From assembly GCA_030740435.1 (NCBI GenBank), contig JASLXG010000066.1, positions 24,603 through 88,602 of the forward strand: a DNA stretch of 64,000 nt, given 5' to 3'. A program made the translations under genes and the position numbers. The stretch is from Alphaproteobacteria bacterium (GTDB lineage: Bacteria > Pseudomonadota > Alphaproteobacteria > UBA2966). How positions within the stretch are numbered: the first letter of the stretch is position 1; the number at the start of each line of letters is the position of its first letter. Under the pieces are notes generated by a model that was given only the letters and a program-made list of their open reading frames with translations, ran no database searches and was not told where the DNA came from. This document shows, piece by piece, positions 14,024 to 22,250 of the stretch.

Positions 14024-15880
14024 GTGACGCACAGCAAGGTTTTGACCGCCTGGCGCCCCTGGGTGCTGGCGGCTCTGGTGGCGACGCTGTTGCTGGCCCT
14101 GGTGCCGCTGCTGGGCAGCGCCCTGGATATCGCGTCGCCGGCCCTGGCGGCCGAAGGCGAGGCGGCGGCGGCGGCAAGCGGCGAGCAGGCGGCGGCCCCG
14201 GCCGGCCCGACCATCGCGCCGCCCAAACTGAAGAGCACCGACTATCCGGTTGTGGCCGGCGTCAACGGACGCATCTTCGTCTGGCTGGCGGCGCAATTGC
14301 ACCTCTGGTTCGCGGCCTTCGTGCTGGCCGTGCCGATCTTCGTCTTCATCATCGAAGCCATCGGCATGTACAGCCGCGACCAACGCTACGACAACATGGC
14401 CTACGAGTTCATCAAGGTCAGCATCACCGCCTATTCCCTGACCGCCATCCTGGGTGGCCTGTTGGCCATCGGCCTGATCGTTTTCTACCCGCACCTCTTC
14501 CAGTACATGTCCGGCGTCTTCAAGGAATCGATGGTCTGGTATGCGGTGCTGTTCTTCGCCGAAAGCGCCTGCCTTTACATCTATTACTACGGCTGGCACT
14601 GGCTGCAGGGCGGCTTCCGCAAGTGGGTTCATCTGACGCTGGGGCTGGTGCTGAATGGCGTCGGCACGACGCTGATGTTCCTGGCCAACGCCTGGCTCAC
14701 CTTCCAGATGAGCCCGGCCGGCGTCGATGCCGCCGGCCTCTATTCCGGCGACGTCTGGGCCGCCATCCACAATCCCTTGTGGAACCCCATCAACCTGCAC
14801 CGCATGATCGCCAACGTCGCCTACGGCGGCTCGGTGGTCGGCGCCTATGCCGCCTTCCGGTTTCTCTCGTCGCGCACGGCCGAGCTCAGGGCGCATTACG
14901 ACTGGATGGGCTACACCGCCAACTTCATCGCCATCAGCGCGCTCTTGCCGCTGCCCTTCGCCGGCTACTACCTGACGGCCGAGATCTACGCCTACAGCCA
15001 GCAGATGGGCATCACCCTGATGGGCGGCGTCTTCGCCTGGCTCTTCATCATCCAGGCGGTGCTGATCGGCACGCTGTTCCTCTCGGCCAACTATTATCTC
15101 TGGTGCGGCATGGGGCGCAGCGACGGGGCGCCGCGTTACAACCCCTATATCAAGTACATAGCCTTCGGTCTGGTGGCCTCGTTCCTGGTCTGGTTCACGC
15201 CCCACACCCTGGTGCTGACGAACGAGGAACTGAAGGCTCTGGGCGGGCCCTACCACAAGTACCTGGGGCCGCTGGGCATCATGCCGGCCAAGAACACGGC
15301 CGTGAACTACATGATCATCCTGACGGCGCTGAGTTTCCTGATTTACCGCCGCGCCAACAAGATCCCGACGGTAAGCTGGGTCAAGATCGGCAATGCCGTG
15401 CAGGTGGCCATGTTCACGGCCGCCGTCGTCAACATCCTTATCCTGGGCGTCTACCACGGCTACTTCACCAACACCGTCTACAAGGTGGCGAGCTCGATCC
15501 CCCAGGTGTTGACGACGCTGGTGGTGATCTTCGTCAGTACGCTCATCGACGTCTTCATGTACCGCGGCGCCAAGGACGTGGCGCCGCTGCATTGGGGCCG
15601 ATTGCCCGAACGCGCCCAGTACGCGCTCTTCCTGCTGGCCGTCTCGTTCACCTGGCTGATGGGCCTGATGGGCTACATCCGCTCGGGCATCCGCCAGCAC
15701 TGGCACGTGGTCGGCATCTTCCGCGACAACTCGGCCGACGCCTTCACGCCGACCCTGGCGGGCGGTGCCAATATCGTCTCTGTGGGGGTCATCATCTTCC
15801 TGGTGATGGTCATCTTCGTCTTCTGGGTCAGCCAGATCAGCGGCCGCAAGACCGAAGTGGCCGGATACTGGAGGACCTAG
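14024..15880 (+). CDS. Cytochrome bd subunit I (CydA)-like membrane protein, module 2, 618 aa with a signal peptide and an Ala-rich periplasmic N-terminal extension; no cydB
   Basis: AAQLHLWFAAFVLAVPIFVFIIEAIGM (His19-equivalent). FFAESACLYIYYYGW. PINLHRMIANVAYGGSVVGAYAA (His186-equivalent). About 55% identical to the module 1 paralog over conserved blocks. GTG start per the ORF track. Confidence 0.7.
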   Translation: MTHSKVLTAWRPWVLAALVATLLLALVPLLGSALDIASPALAAEGEAAAAASGEQAAAPAGPTIAPPKLKSTDYPVVAGVNGRIFVWLAAQLHLWFAAFVLAVPIFVFIIEAIGMYSRDQRYDNMAYEFIKVSITAYSLTAILGGLLAIGLIVFYPHLFQYMSGVFKESMVWYAVLFFAESACLYIYYYGWHWLQGGFRKWVHLTLGLVLNGVGTTLMFLANAWLTFQMSPAGVDAAGLYSGDVWAAIHNPLWNPINLHRMIANVAYGGSVVGAYAAFRFLSSRTAELRAHYDWMGYTANFIAISALLPLPFAGYYLTAEIYAYSQQMGITLMGGVFAWLFIIQAVLIGTLFLSANYYLWCGMGRSDGAPRYNPYIKYIAFGLVASFLVWFTPHTLVLTNEELKALGGPYHKYLGPLGIMPAKNTAVNYMIILTALSFLIYRRANKIPTVSWVKIGNAVQVAMFTAAVVNILILGVYHGYFTNTVYKVASSIPQVLTTLVVIFVSTLIDVFMYRGAKDVAPLHWGRLPERAQYALFLLAVSFTWLMGLMGYIRSGIRQHWHVVGIFRDNSADAFTPTLAGGANIVSVGVIIFLVMVIFVFWVSQISGRKTEVAGYWRT

Positions 15881-15883
15881 GCG

Positions 15884-16702
15884 ATGATGAACTTCCTCAA
15901 GGTGGCCCTCTTCTCGCTGGTCGTCATCGGCTTTTTCGCGGGCTATTCCAACTGGGGCATCCCGCAGATCGAGCCGGCGGCGCCGCCGGTGGAAGAAGTG
16001 CTCGATCTGGGCGCCATGACCATGGACGACTTCATCGCGCTGGGCGGCAAGATCTACAACGGCAAGGGCACCTGCACGCTCTGCCACAATGCCGTCGGCG
16101 GCCGGGCGCCCATGCTCGATACCGCCGCCGGCCTGGTTGCCGAACGCCTCAAGGACGCCCGCTACAAGGGCGAGGCCAGCGACGCCGAGGGCTATCTGCT
16201 GGAATCGCTGGTCAATCCCTCGGCCTTCGTGGTGGCGGGCTTCGGCAAGAAGGGGACAGCCGATGCCGAAAGCCCGATGCCCGACGTCTCGGGCGGCTCG
16301 GTGGGCTTGAGCGAGGTCGAACTGGCGGCCGTGGTGGCCTTCCTGCAGGATCTCGGCGGCACCGATGTGACGGTGGAGATCCCCTCGGGCGCCCAGGCCT
16401 CCGACGAAAGCGGCGACGAGGAGGGCGAGCCCCGGGCGGCCTACGCCTCGATCGAGGAACTGATCGCCGAGCAGTCCTGCGGCGCCTGCCACAAGGTGGC
16501 CGGCGAGGAAGGCGACGTTGGTCCGGACCTCAACGGCATCGGCGCCAAGTACGATCGCGACTACCTGCGCCGTTCCATCCTCGATCCCAATGCCGACATC
16601 GGCCAGGGCTTCGAGGCCGACACCATGCCGGCGGAATACGGCACCACCCTCTATGCCCAGGAACTCGAAATGCTGATCGACTACCTGGCCAAACTGAAAT
16701 GA
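15884..16702 (+). CDS. Membrane-anchored di-haem cytochrome c (module 2)
   Basis: N-terminal TM helix. Haem motifs CTLCH and CGACH. GPDLNGIGAKYDRDYLRRSILDP motif. It is a paralog of the gene at 8769-9746. Confidence 0.75.
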   Translation: MMNFLKVALFSLVVIGFFAGYSNWGIPQIEPAAPPVEEVLDLGAMTMDDFIALGGKIYNGKGTCTLCHNAVGGRAPMLDTAAGLVAERLKDARYKGEASDAEGYLLESLVNPSAFVVAGFGKKGTADAESPMPDVSGGSVGLSEVELAAVVAFLQDLGGTDVTVEIPSGAQASDESGDEEGEPRAAYASIEELIAEQSCGACHKVAGEEGDVGPDLNGIGAKYDRDYLRRSILDPNADIGQGFEADTMPAEYGTTLYAQELEMLIDYLAKLK

Positions 16703-16715
16703 GCAGGGGCGCGGC

Positions 16716-17483
16716 ATGAAAATTCCCAGGCTCCTGCTGTCGGTCATCACCGTCCTGGTCTTCTACGCCGCCTTCGAGGTGGTCTTCGGGCTGATCCTCG
16801 GGCAGCCCATCCCGGCCAGCCTGATGACCATGTACATGTTCTTCGTGGTTGCCGGCGTCTTCATGACGTTTACCTTCACCGAGGAAGGCGGCCGCGAGAT
16901 GGTGGCGCCGATCAAGGCGCTGGTCGAGGATCCCTCCAAACGCATGGTGCGCAACGTCGTCTTCGTCATCGTGCCGCTGCTGGCCGGTGGCCTGACGTAT
17001 TGGCAGATGCAGCCCTCCTTCGAGGCGCCGCTGGAGCTGCGTTCGATCCATCCGGCACCGCCCTCGAGCGCCAAGATCTACGGCAAGCGCTACGATCTGC
17101 TGACGCTGGAGAACCCGTTGCGCAAGTTCGAGAAGGAGGATCCCGAGAAGTTCCGCGAATTGGTGGCGGCGGGCGCCACGGTCTACATCGAGAACTGCCA
17201 GTACTGCCACGGCGACAAGCTCGATGGCCAGGGGCCCTACGCCCAGGGCCTCAATCCGGTGCCGCTCAACTTCCAGGACATCGGCACCATCGCCCAGCTT
17301 CAGGAATCCTACCTCTTTTGGCGCATTGCCACGGGCGGGCCGGGCCTGCCCAGCGAAGCCTCGCCCTGGCTCTCGTCGATGCCGGTGTGGCAGAGCTTCC
17401 TCAAGGAAGAAGAAATCTGGCAGGTCATCCTTTTCCTTTACGACTACACCGGCCACCGGCCGCGCTCATGGGAGCATGAATGA
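16716..17483 (+). CDS. Membrane-bound mono-haem cytochrome c (module 2)
   Basis: Three N-terminal TM helices. CQYCHGD motif. ...YLFWRIATGGPGLPSEASPW... It is a paralog of the gene at 9753-10718. Confidence 0.7.
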   Translation: MKIPRLLLSVITVLVFYAAFEVVFGLILGQPIPASLMTMYMFFVVAGVFMTFTFTEEGGREMVAPIKALVEDPSKRMVRNVVFVIVPLLAGGLTYWQMQPSFEAPLELRSIHPAPPSSAKIYGKRYDLLTLENPLRKFEKEDPEKFRELVAAGATVYIENCQYCHGDKLDGQGPYAQGLNPVPLNFQDIGTIAQLQESYLFWRIATGGPGLPSEASPWLSSMPVWQSFLKEEEIWQVILFLYDYTGHRPRSWEHE

Positions 17484-19024
17484 TGGCTGCGGTGACGATG
17501 GATAAAGTGCTGCGGGCGCTGGGCGCCGGTATCGTGCTGGCCGCTCTTTCGGCGGGTGCCGCCCTGGCCGTGCCGGGCAATGCCGAGAAGGGCGAAAAGG
17601 TCTACCAGTTCCGCTGCCTGGCCTGCCACGGCGACGAAGGCGACGGCCTGGGCCCGGCTGCCGAGCGCCTCAACCCGCCGCCTCGGGACTTTACGCTGGG
17701 GATTTATAAGATCAAGACCAGCGCCTTTGACGAAGACGCGCCCAACGACGACGACATCTTCCGCATGATCAAGGACGGCATGCCCGGAACCGCCATGCCG
17801 GGCTGGTCGGACGTGCTCAGCGAGCAGGACATGTGGGACCTGGTGGCCTATCTCAAGGTCTTCGCCGAGATCGAGGAGGCGCCGGAGGGCCAGATCGACT
17901 ACGGCAAGCAGATCGAAAGCTCGGCCGACAGCATCGCCCGTGGGCGTGAAATTTTCCTCGATGGCGAGCGCTGCTCCGAATGCCACGGCCGTGAAGGCCG
18001 CGGTGACGGCATCAAGAAGCTCAAGGACGACAACGGCGCCCGCACCTGGCCCAGGAACCTCACCAAGGCCTGGACCTATCGCGCCGACAACAGCGCCAAG
18101 GAGATCTTCCGCCGCGTCACGGTGGGTATTCCCGGCACCCAGATGCCGGCCTTCGCCGATCCCAAGTCGAAAAAGAAACTGAGCATCGAGGAACGCTGGC
18201 ACGTGGCCAACTATGTGGCCTCGCTGGCCAAGACGGTGGAGGTCGTCAATCCCTCCAAGACGGTGATCGTGGCGGCCAAGCTCGAGGGCGCGCTGCCGGC
18301 CAAGGTCGACGACCCGAAATGGGCCGAGGCGGCGCCCGTGACCTTCATGCTGGTGCCCCAGATCATCGCCGAGGACAGGTTCTTCACGCCGGCCCACGAC
18401 AGCATCACCGCCCGCGCCTTCTATAACGACGAAGCGATCGCCATGCTGCTGGAATGGGACGACCGCACCAAGTCCTTGCCCGGGGACGACAAGGCGGCCC
18501 AGATCGCGGACGAGGAGCTGAGCTCCGACATGGTGGCCGTGCAACTGCCGGTGACGATTCCCATAAGCCAGGAGAAGCCCTATTTCCTGATGGGCGACAA
18601 ATCCCATCCCGTGAACTTCTGGCGCTGGTCCAGCGGCGGCAAGGAGGCGTCCCAGGGCGTCGAGTTGATGAACGCCACCGGGCCCTACGAGTTCGCCGAA
18701 CGCGACGCCGCCAAGACTGGTCTCACGGCCAGCGGCAGCTACAAGGACGGCACCTGGCGGGTAGTCATGACCCGGCCCTTGCGCACCGATGATGCCGAGG
18801 GCGACCTGCAGTTCGAGGAGGGCCGCTTCATCCCCGTGGCCTTCGCCAACTGGGACGGCTCCAACAGCGAAAGCGAAACCAGCCACACCCTGACGACCTG
18901 GTACTGGCTGCTGCTCGAGCCGCCGACGGGGACGCGGCCCCTGATCACGGCCCTGATCGTAGTGCTGCTGCTGGCGGCGGCCGAGATCTGGTGGGCGCGT
19001 AGCGCCCGTGGGTCCGATGCATGA
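17480..19024 (+). CDS. Di-haem cytochrome c fused to an EB_dh/DOMON-like domain with a C-terminal TM anchor (module 2)
   Basis: Signal peptide. Haem motifs CLACHG and CSECHG. EB_dh-like block (WDDRTKSLPGDD...AVQLPV...HPVNFWRWSSGG...WRVVMTRPLRTDD). Terminal helix LITALIVVLLLAAAEIWW. It overlaps the upstream gene by 4 nt. Confidence 0.65.
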   Translation: MMAAVTMDKVLRALGAGIVLAALSAGAALAVPGNAEKGEKVYQFRCLACHGDEGDGLGPAAERLNPPPRDFTLGIYKIKTSAFDEDAPNDDDIFRMIKDGMPGTAMPGWSDVLSEQDMWDLVAYLKVFAEIEEAPEGQIDYGKQIESSADSIARGREIFLDGERCSECHGREGRGDGIKKLKDDNGARTWPRNLTKAWTYRADNSAKEIFRRVTVGIPGTQMPAFADPKSKKKLSIEERWHVANYVASLAKTVEVVNPSKTVIVAAKLEGALPAKVDDPKWAEAAPVTFMLVPQIIAEDRFFTPAHDSITARAFYNDEAIAMLLEWDDRTKSLPGDDKAAQIADEELSSDMVAVQLPVTIPISQEKPYFLMGDKSHPVNFWRWSSGGKEASQGVELMNATGPYEFAERDAAKTGLTASGSYKDGTWRVVMTRPLRTDDAEGDLQFEEGRFIPVAFANWDGSNSESETSHTLTTWYWLLLEPPTGTRPLITALIVVLLLAAAEIWWARSARGSDA

Positions 19025-19260
19025 CGCCGAACCCGGCGGCTGACGACGAGGAGTTACGGGACGAGGAACCGGTCCGCGGCGTCAAGACGCGTATGATCGG
19101 CGCCGGCTTGATCTTTCTCGGCGTTCTCGACAGTCTGCTCAGTTGGCGGGGCGGTTTCGAGCCCAGCCTGTTTCATTGGTTTCTGATTGCCGCCGGCATA
19201 CTGGTTTTTGCCATCGGCGCGATCCGGCAGAGGCGGGACGCCGGGTCTCCGTCACCCTAG
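19021..19260 (+). CDS. Small two-TM membrane protein (79 aa), translationally coupled to the preceding cytochrome
   Basis: Its ATG overlaps the cytochrome stop (gcATGA). Two hydrophobic helices (MIGAGLIFLGVLDSLL and WFLIAAGILVFAIGAI). Confidence 0.4.
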   Translation: MTPNPAADDEELRDEEPVRGVKTRMIGAGLIFLGVLDSLLSWRGGFEPSLFHWFLIAAGILVFAIGAIRQRRDAGSPSP

Positions 19261-19270
19261 GAGAGTGTCC

Positions 19271-20944
19271 ATGACTGCACCCGCGTCCAGCCAGCCAGCG
19301 CTGCAGGACGGTGCCCAGGCGTCGCCGCCCGACACGGCGCCGGTTTCCTTCAAGCGCTTCATCGTCGCCCTCGATGCTTCCGACCATGCCAACCGGGCGC
19401 TGGCCGAAGCGCTACGCCTCTCGGCCACGGCCGAGGGTGAGATCACCGGCATCCACGCCTATGCCGCGGCGCTGCATGACCGGCGCTTTCGCCAGATGGA
19501 AGGCGGCCTGCCCGAGCGCTACCTCGACGAAGAGGAAATGTCCTACCAGCGCGACGTCCACGACGACCTGATTACGCGCGGTCTCGACATCATCTCCGAC
19601 AGCTACCACGACCAGGCCGAGGCCGCCTGCGAGACGGCCGGGCTGCCTTATGCCCGCCTCAGCCCCGAAGGCAAGAACGCGAGCCGCATCGTCGAAGCCC
19701 TCGAGGCCGGGGGCCACGACGTGCTGGCCATGGGTGCGCTGGGCCTGGGAGCGGTGCCGGGCAGCCTGATCGGCACCGTCTGCGAGCGCGTGGTGCGGCG
19801 CTCGCCGATCGATGTGCTCGTCGTTCGCGATGTCGAACGGGCCATCGGCGAGGGGCCGGTGGTGGTCGGCCTGGATGGCTCGCCACAGTCCTTCGGGGCG
19901 CTGCTCACGGGCTTCGAGATGGCCCGCCGGCTCGGCGTCGAGCTGCATGCCGTGGCGGCCTACGACCCCTACTACCACTACGTCGCCTTCAACCGCATCG
20001 CCGGCGTGCTCAGCGACGAAGCCGGCAAGGTCTTTCGCTTCAAGGAACAAGAACAGCTGCACGAGGAACTGATCGACGAGGGCATCGCCAAGATCTATCA
20101 GTCCCACCTCGAGGTGGCGTCGCGCACGGCCAAGGATGCCGGCGTCGAGCTCGTCACCAAGCTCCTGGACGGCAAGCCCTTCAAGGCCATCGAGGCCTAT
20201 GTCCGTGAGGTCGGCGCCAGCCTGCTGATGCTGGGCAAGACCGGCATCCACGGCGACGCCATGATCGATATCGGCGGCAACACCGAAAACCTCTTGCGTC
20301 TCGCGCCCTGCCACGTCTGGATCGGCCAGGCCAGCCACGTGCCGGCGCTGGATATCGTCGCCGCCGAAAGCATCAGCTGGAGCCATGAGGCCGAGGCGCT
20401 GCTCAACCGCGCCCCCGAATTCGCCCGTGGCATGGCCCGCCAGGCGGTGATCCGCTTTGCCCATGCCCGGGGCAACACCTACATCACGTCGGATCTGGTC
20501 GAGCAGGTGGCGGCCAAGATGATGCCCGGCCGGGGCCAGGCGGAGGCGGCCGCGGCCAGCCCGGAAACGGTCTGGAGCGCCGCCGCCGAAGCCGAGCTGG
20601 CCAAGCTCGATGATGCCAACCAGGCCGCCGGTGTTCGCCTGCGGGCGGAAAAGCGGGCTCGCCGCGAGGGCGCGGCCGAGGTTGGCGCCGAGCACGTGCG
20701 GGCCTTTGTCGAGGCGCCGGCCGCGGCCACGCTGCCTTGGGCCGCGGCGGCGCTGGCCCGGCTGACCAGGGTGCCCGAGGCCATGCGCGATCGCACCCGG
20801 GCGCGCATCGAAGAGGTGGCGCGCGAGCAGGGCGCCACCGAGGTCACGCTGGCGATCTGCGAGCTGGGCCTCGAAGAGGCCCGCAAGGCCATGCACGAGG
20901 CCATGGTCAAAGGCGGTCACACCAAGACGGTCGAAGACGATTGA
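19271..20944 (+). CDS. Tandem universal stress protein (UspA) domains with C-terminal PCP_red-like repeats
   Basis: The RBS ggagag precedes the ATG at 19271. Two UspA-like blocks (FKRFIVALDASDHANRAL...; PVVVGLDGSPQSFGALL...IDVLVV). The C-terminus has two P-[EA]-x-[MA]-R-x-x-x-R-x-[RI]-x-E-x-x-A-R-x-x-G repeats resembling the BchB C-terminal PCP_red domain. Confidence 0.6.
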   Translation: MTAPASSQPALQDGAQASPPDTAPVSFKRFIVALDASDHANRALAEALRLSATAEGEITGIHAYAAALHDRRFRQMEGGLPERYLDEEEMSYQRDVHDDLITRGLDIISDSYHDQAEAACETAGLPYARLSPEGKNASRIVEALEAGGHDVLAMGALGLGAVPGSLIGTVCERVVRRSPIDVLVVRDVERAIGEGPVVVGLDGSPQSFGALLTGFEMARRLGVELHAVAAYDPYYHYVAFNRIAGVLSDEAGKVFRFKEQEQLHEELIDEGIAKIYQSHLEVASRTAKDAGVELVTKLLDGKPFKAIEAYVREVGASLLMLGKTGIHGDAMIDIGGNTENLLRLAPCHVWIGQASHVPALDIVAAESISWSHEAEALLNRAPEFARGMARQAVIRFAHARGNTYITSDLVEQVAAKMMPGRGQAEAAAASPETVWSAAAEAELAKLDDANQAAGVRLRAEKRARREGAAEVGAEHVRAFVEAPAAATLPWAAAALARLTRVPEAMRDRTRARIEEVAREQGATEVTLAICELGLEEARKAMHEAMVKGGHTKTVEDD

Positions 20945-20957
20945 GCATGGGAGGCTC

Positions 20958-22250
20958 ATGAACGCCCAGGCCCATATCGCCGAACCTCCCTTCCTGGTTG
21001 CCCTCAACCTGACGCGGCGGTGCAACCTGGCCTGCGCGCACTGCTACCTCGATGCCGGTACCCGGAGTGACGGGACGGCCGGCGAGATGGGCACGGCCGA
21101 GGTAACGGCGCTGCTCGTCGACATCGCGGCGCTGGACGACGAGACCATGGTGGTACTGACCGGCGGCGAGCCGCTGCTGCGCCGCGATATCGAGGATATC
21201 GCCCGCCATGGCGCCGATCTCGGCCTGATGGTGGTGCTGGGCTCCAATGGCACGCTGCTCGATGGTCCTCGCGTGGCATCGTTGGCGGCGGCCGGCGTGC
21301 GCGGCGTTGGCATCAGCCTCGATTCCCTCGACCCGGCCTACCACGACGGCTTCCGCGGCCGGCCCGGAGCCTGGGAGCAGGCCATGAACGGCATCGACGC
21401 CTGCCGCCGGAGCGGGCTCGGATTCCAGATCCACTTCTCGGCCACCGAGGAGAACGCGGCCGAGCTCGACGACATGATCGCCTTCGCCAAAAGTTCCGGG
21501 GCGCTGGTGCTGAACGTTTTTTTTCTCGTCTGCACCGGTCGCGGCGAGCGTTTCTCGGGCATCTCGGTGAAAACCTACGACCGGGTGCTGGAACGCCTGA
21601 CGGAGGCCGCCCACGACGATACGGGACCCCTGGTGCGGGCCAAGTGCGCGCCCCATTTCCGCCGCCTGGCGATCGAGCTCGATCCGGCCTGGGCGATCAC
21701 GCCGATGCACGGCTACGAGGCCGGTGGCTGTTTGGCCGGCAGCCGTTATTGCCGAGTCACCCCCGAGGGCGAGGTGACGCCGTGCCCCTACATCGAAGAG
21801 CCGGCGGGATCGCTCAGCCAGACAAGTTTCGCCGAGATTTGGCAGGGTGCCGAGCTCTTCGCCCGGCTGCGCCAGCCTGAGCTCGGCGGGCGTTGCGGCG
21901 TTTGCGAATACCGCCGTGTCTGTGGCGGCTGCCGGGCCCGGCCGGCGGCCCGCGACGGCGACCTGATGGGCGAGGATTTCCTTTGCGGCTACCAGCCCCG
22001 GGGCGGTGCCGTGATCGAGCCCCTGGTGCTGGCCGAGAGCGCTCTCGACTGGTCGCGCGAGGCGGAGCAGCGCTTGCGGCGCGTGCCCGCCTTCCTGCGC
22101 CGCATGGTGCGCCGCCGGGCCGAGGTTTTCGTGCGCGGCGAAGGCCGACAGCAAGTCGAGGCCGATGACCTCCAGACCCTGGCGCGGCGGCGCTTTGGCG
22201 AGGCCGGCCCGCCGCGGCCCGAATTTGACGGAGAGCGCCGTGAGCTTTGA
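20958..22250 (+). CDS. Radical SAM enzyme with a SPASM-type auxiliary Cys cluster and a C-terminal PCP_red-like domain (NirJ/AhbD-like)
   Basis: CNLACAHCY (CxxxCxxC) radical-SAM motif. C-terminal Cys cluster CPYIEE...CGVCEYRRVCGGCRAR, typical of SPASM. The tail RRVPAFLRRMVRRRAEVFVRGEGRQQVEADDL matches the PCP_red-like repeats of the upstream USP. Confidence 0.65.
   Translation: MNAQAHIAEPPFLVALNLTRRCNLACAHCYLDAGTRSDGTAGEMGTAEVTALLVDIAALDDETMVVLTGGEPLLRRDIEDIARHGADLGLMVVLGSNGTLLDGPRVASLAAAGVRGVGISLDSLDPAYHDGFRGRPGAWEQAMNGIDACRRSGLGFQIHFSATEENAAELDDMIAFAKSSGALVLNVFFLVCTGRGERFSGISVKTYDRVLERLTEAAHDDTGPLVRAKCAPHFRRLAIELDPAWAITPMHGYEAGGCLAGSRYCRVTPEGEVTPCPYIEEPAGSLSQTSFAEIWQGAELFARLRQPELGGRCGVCEYRRVCGGCRARPAARDGDLMGEDFLCGYQPRGGAVIEPLVLAESALDWSREAEQRLRRVPAFLRRMVRRRAEVFVRGEGRQQVEADDLQTLARRRFGEAGPPRPEFDGERREL

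Noticed and set aside
13763-16750. 995-aa minus-strand ORF and the 926-aa plus-strand alternate-frame ORF (13939-16719) spanning module 2
   Set aside because: Both are antisense to or out of frame with cydA-like 2 and its cytochromes. Their low-complexity Arg/Gly/Asp composition gives no domain signal.
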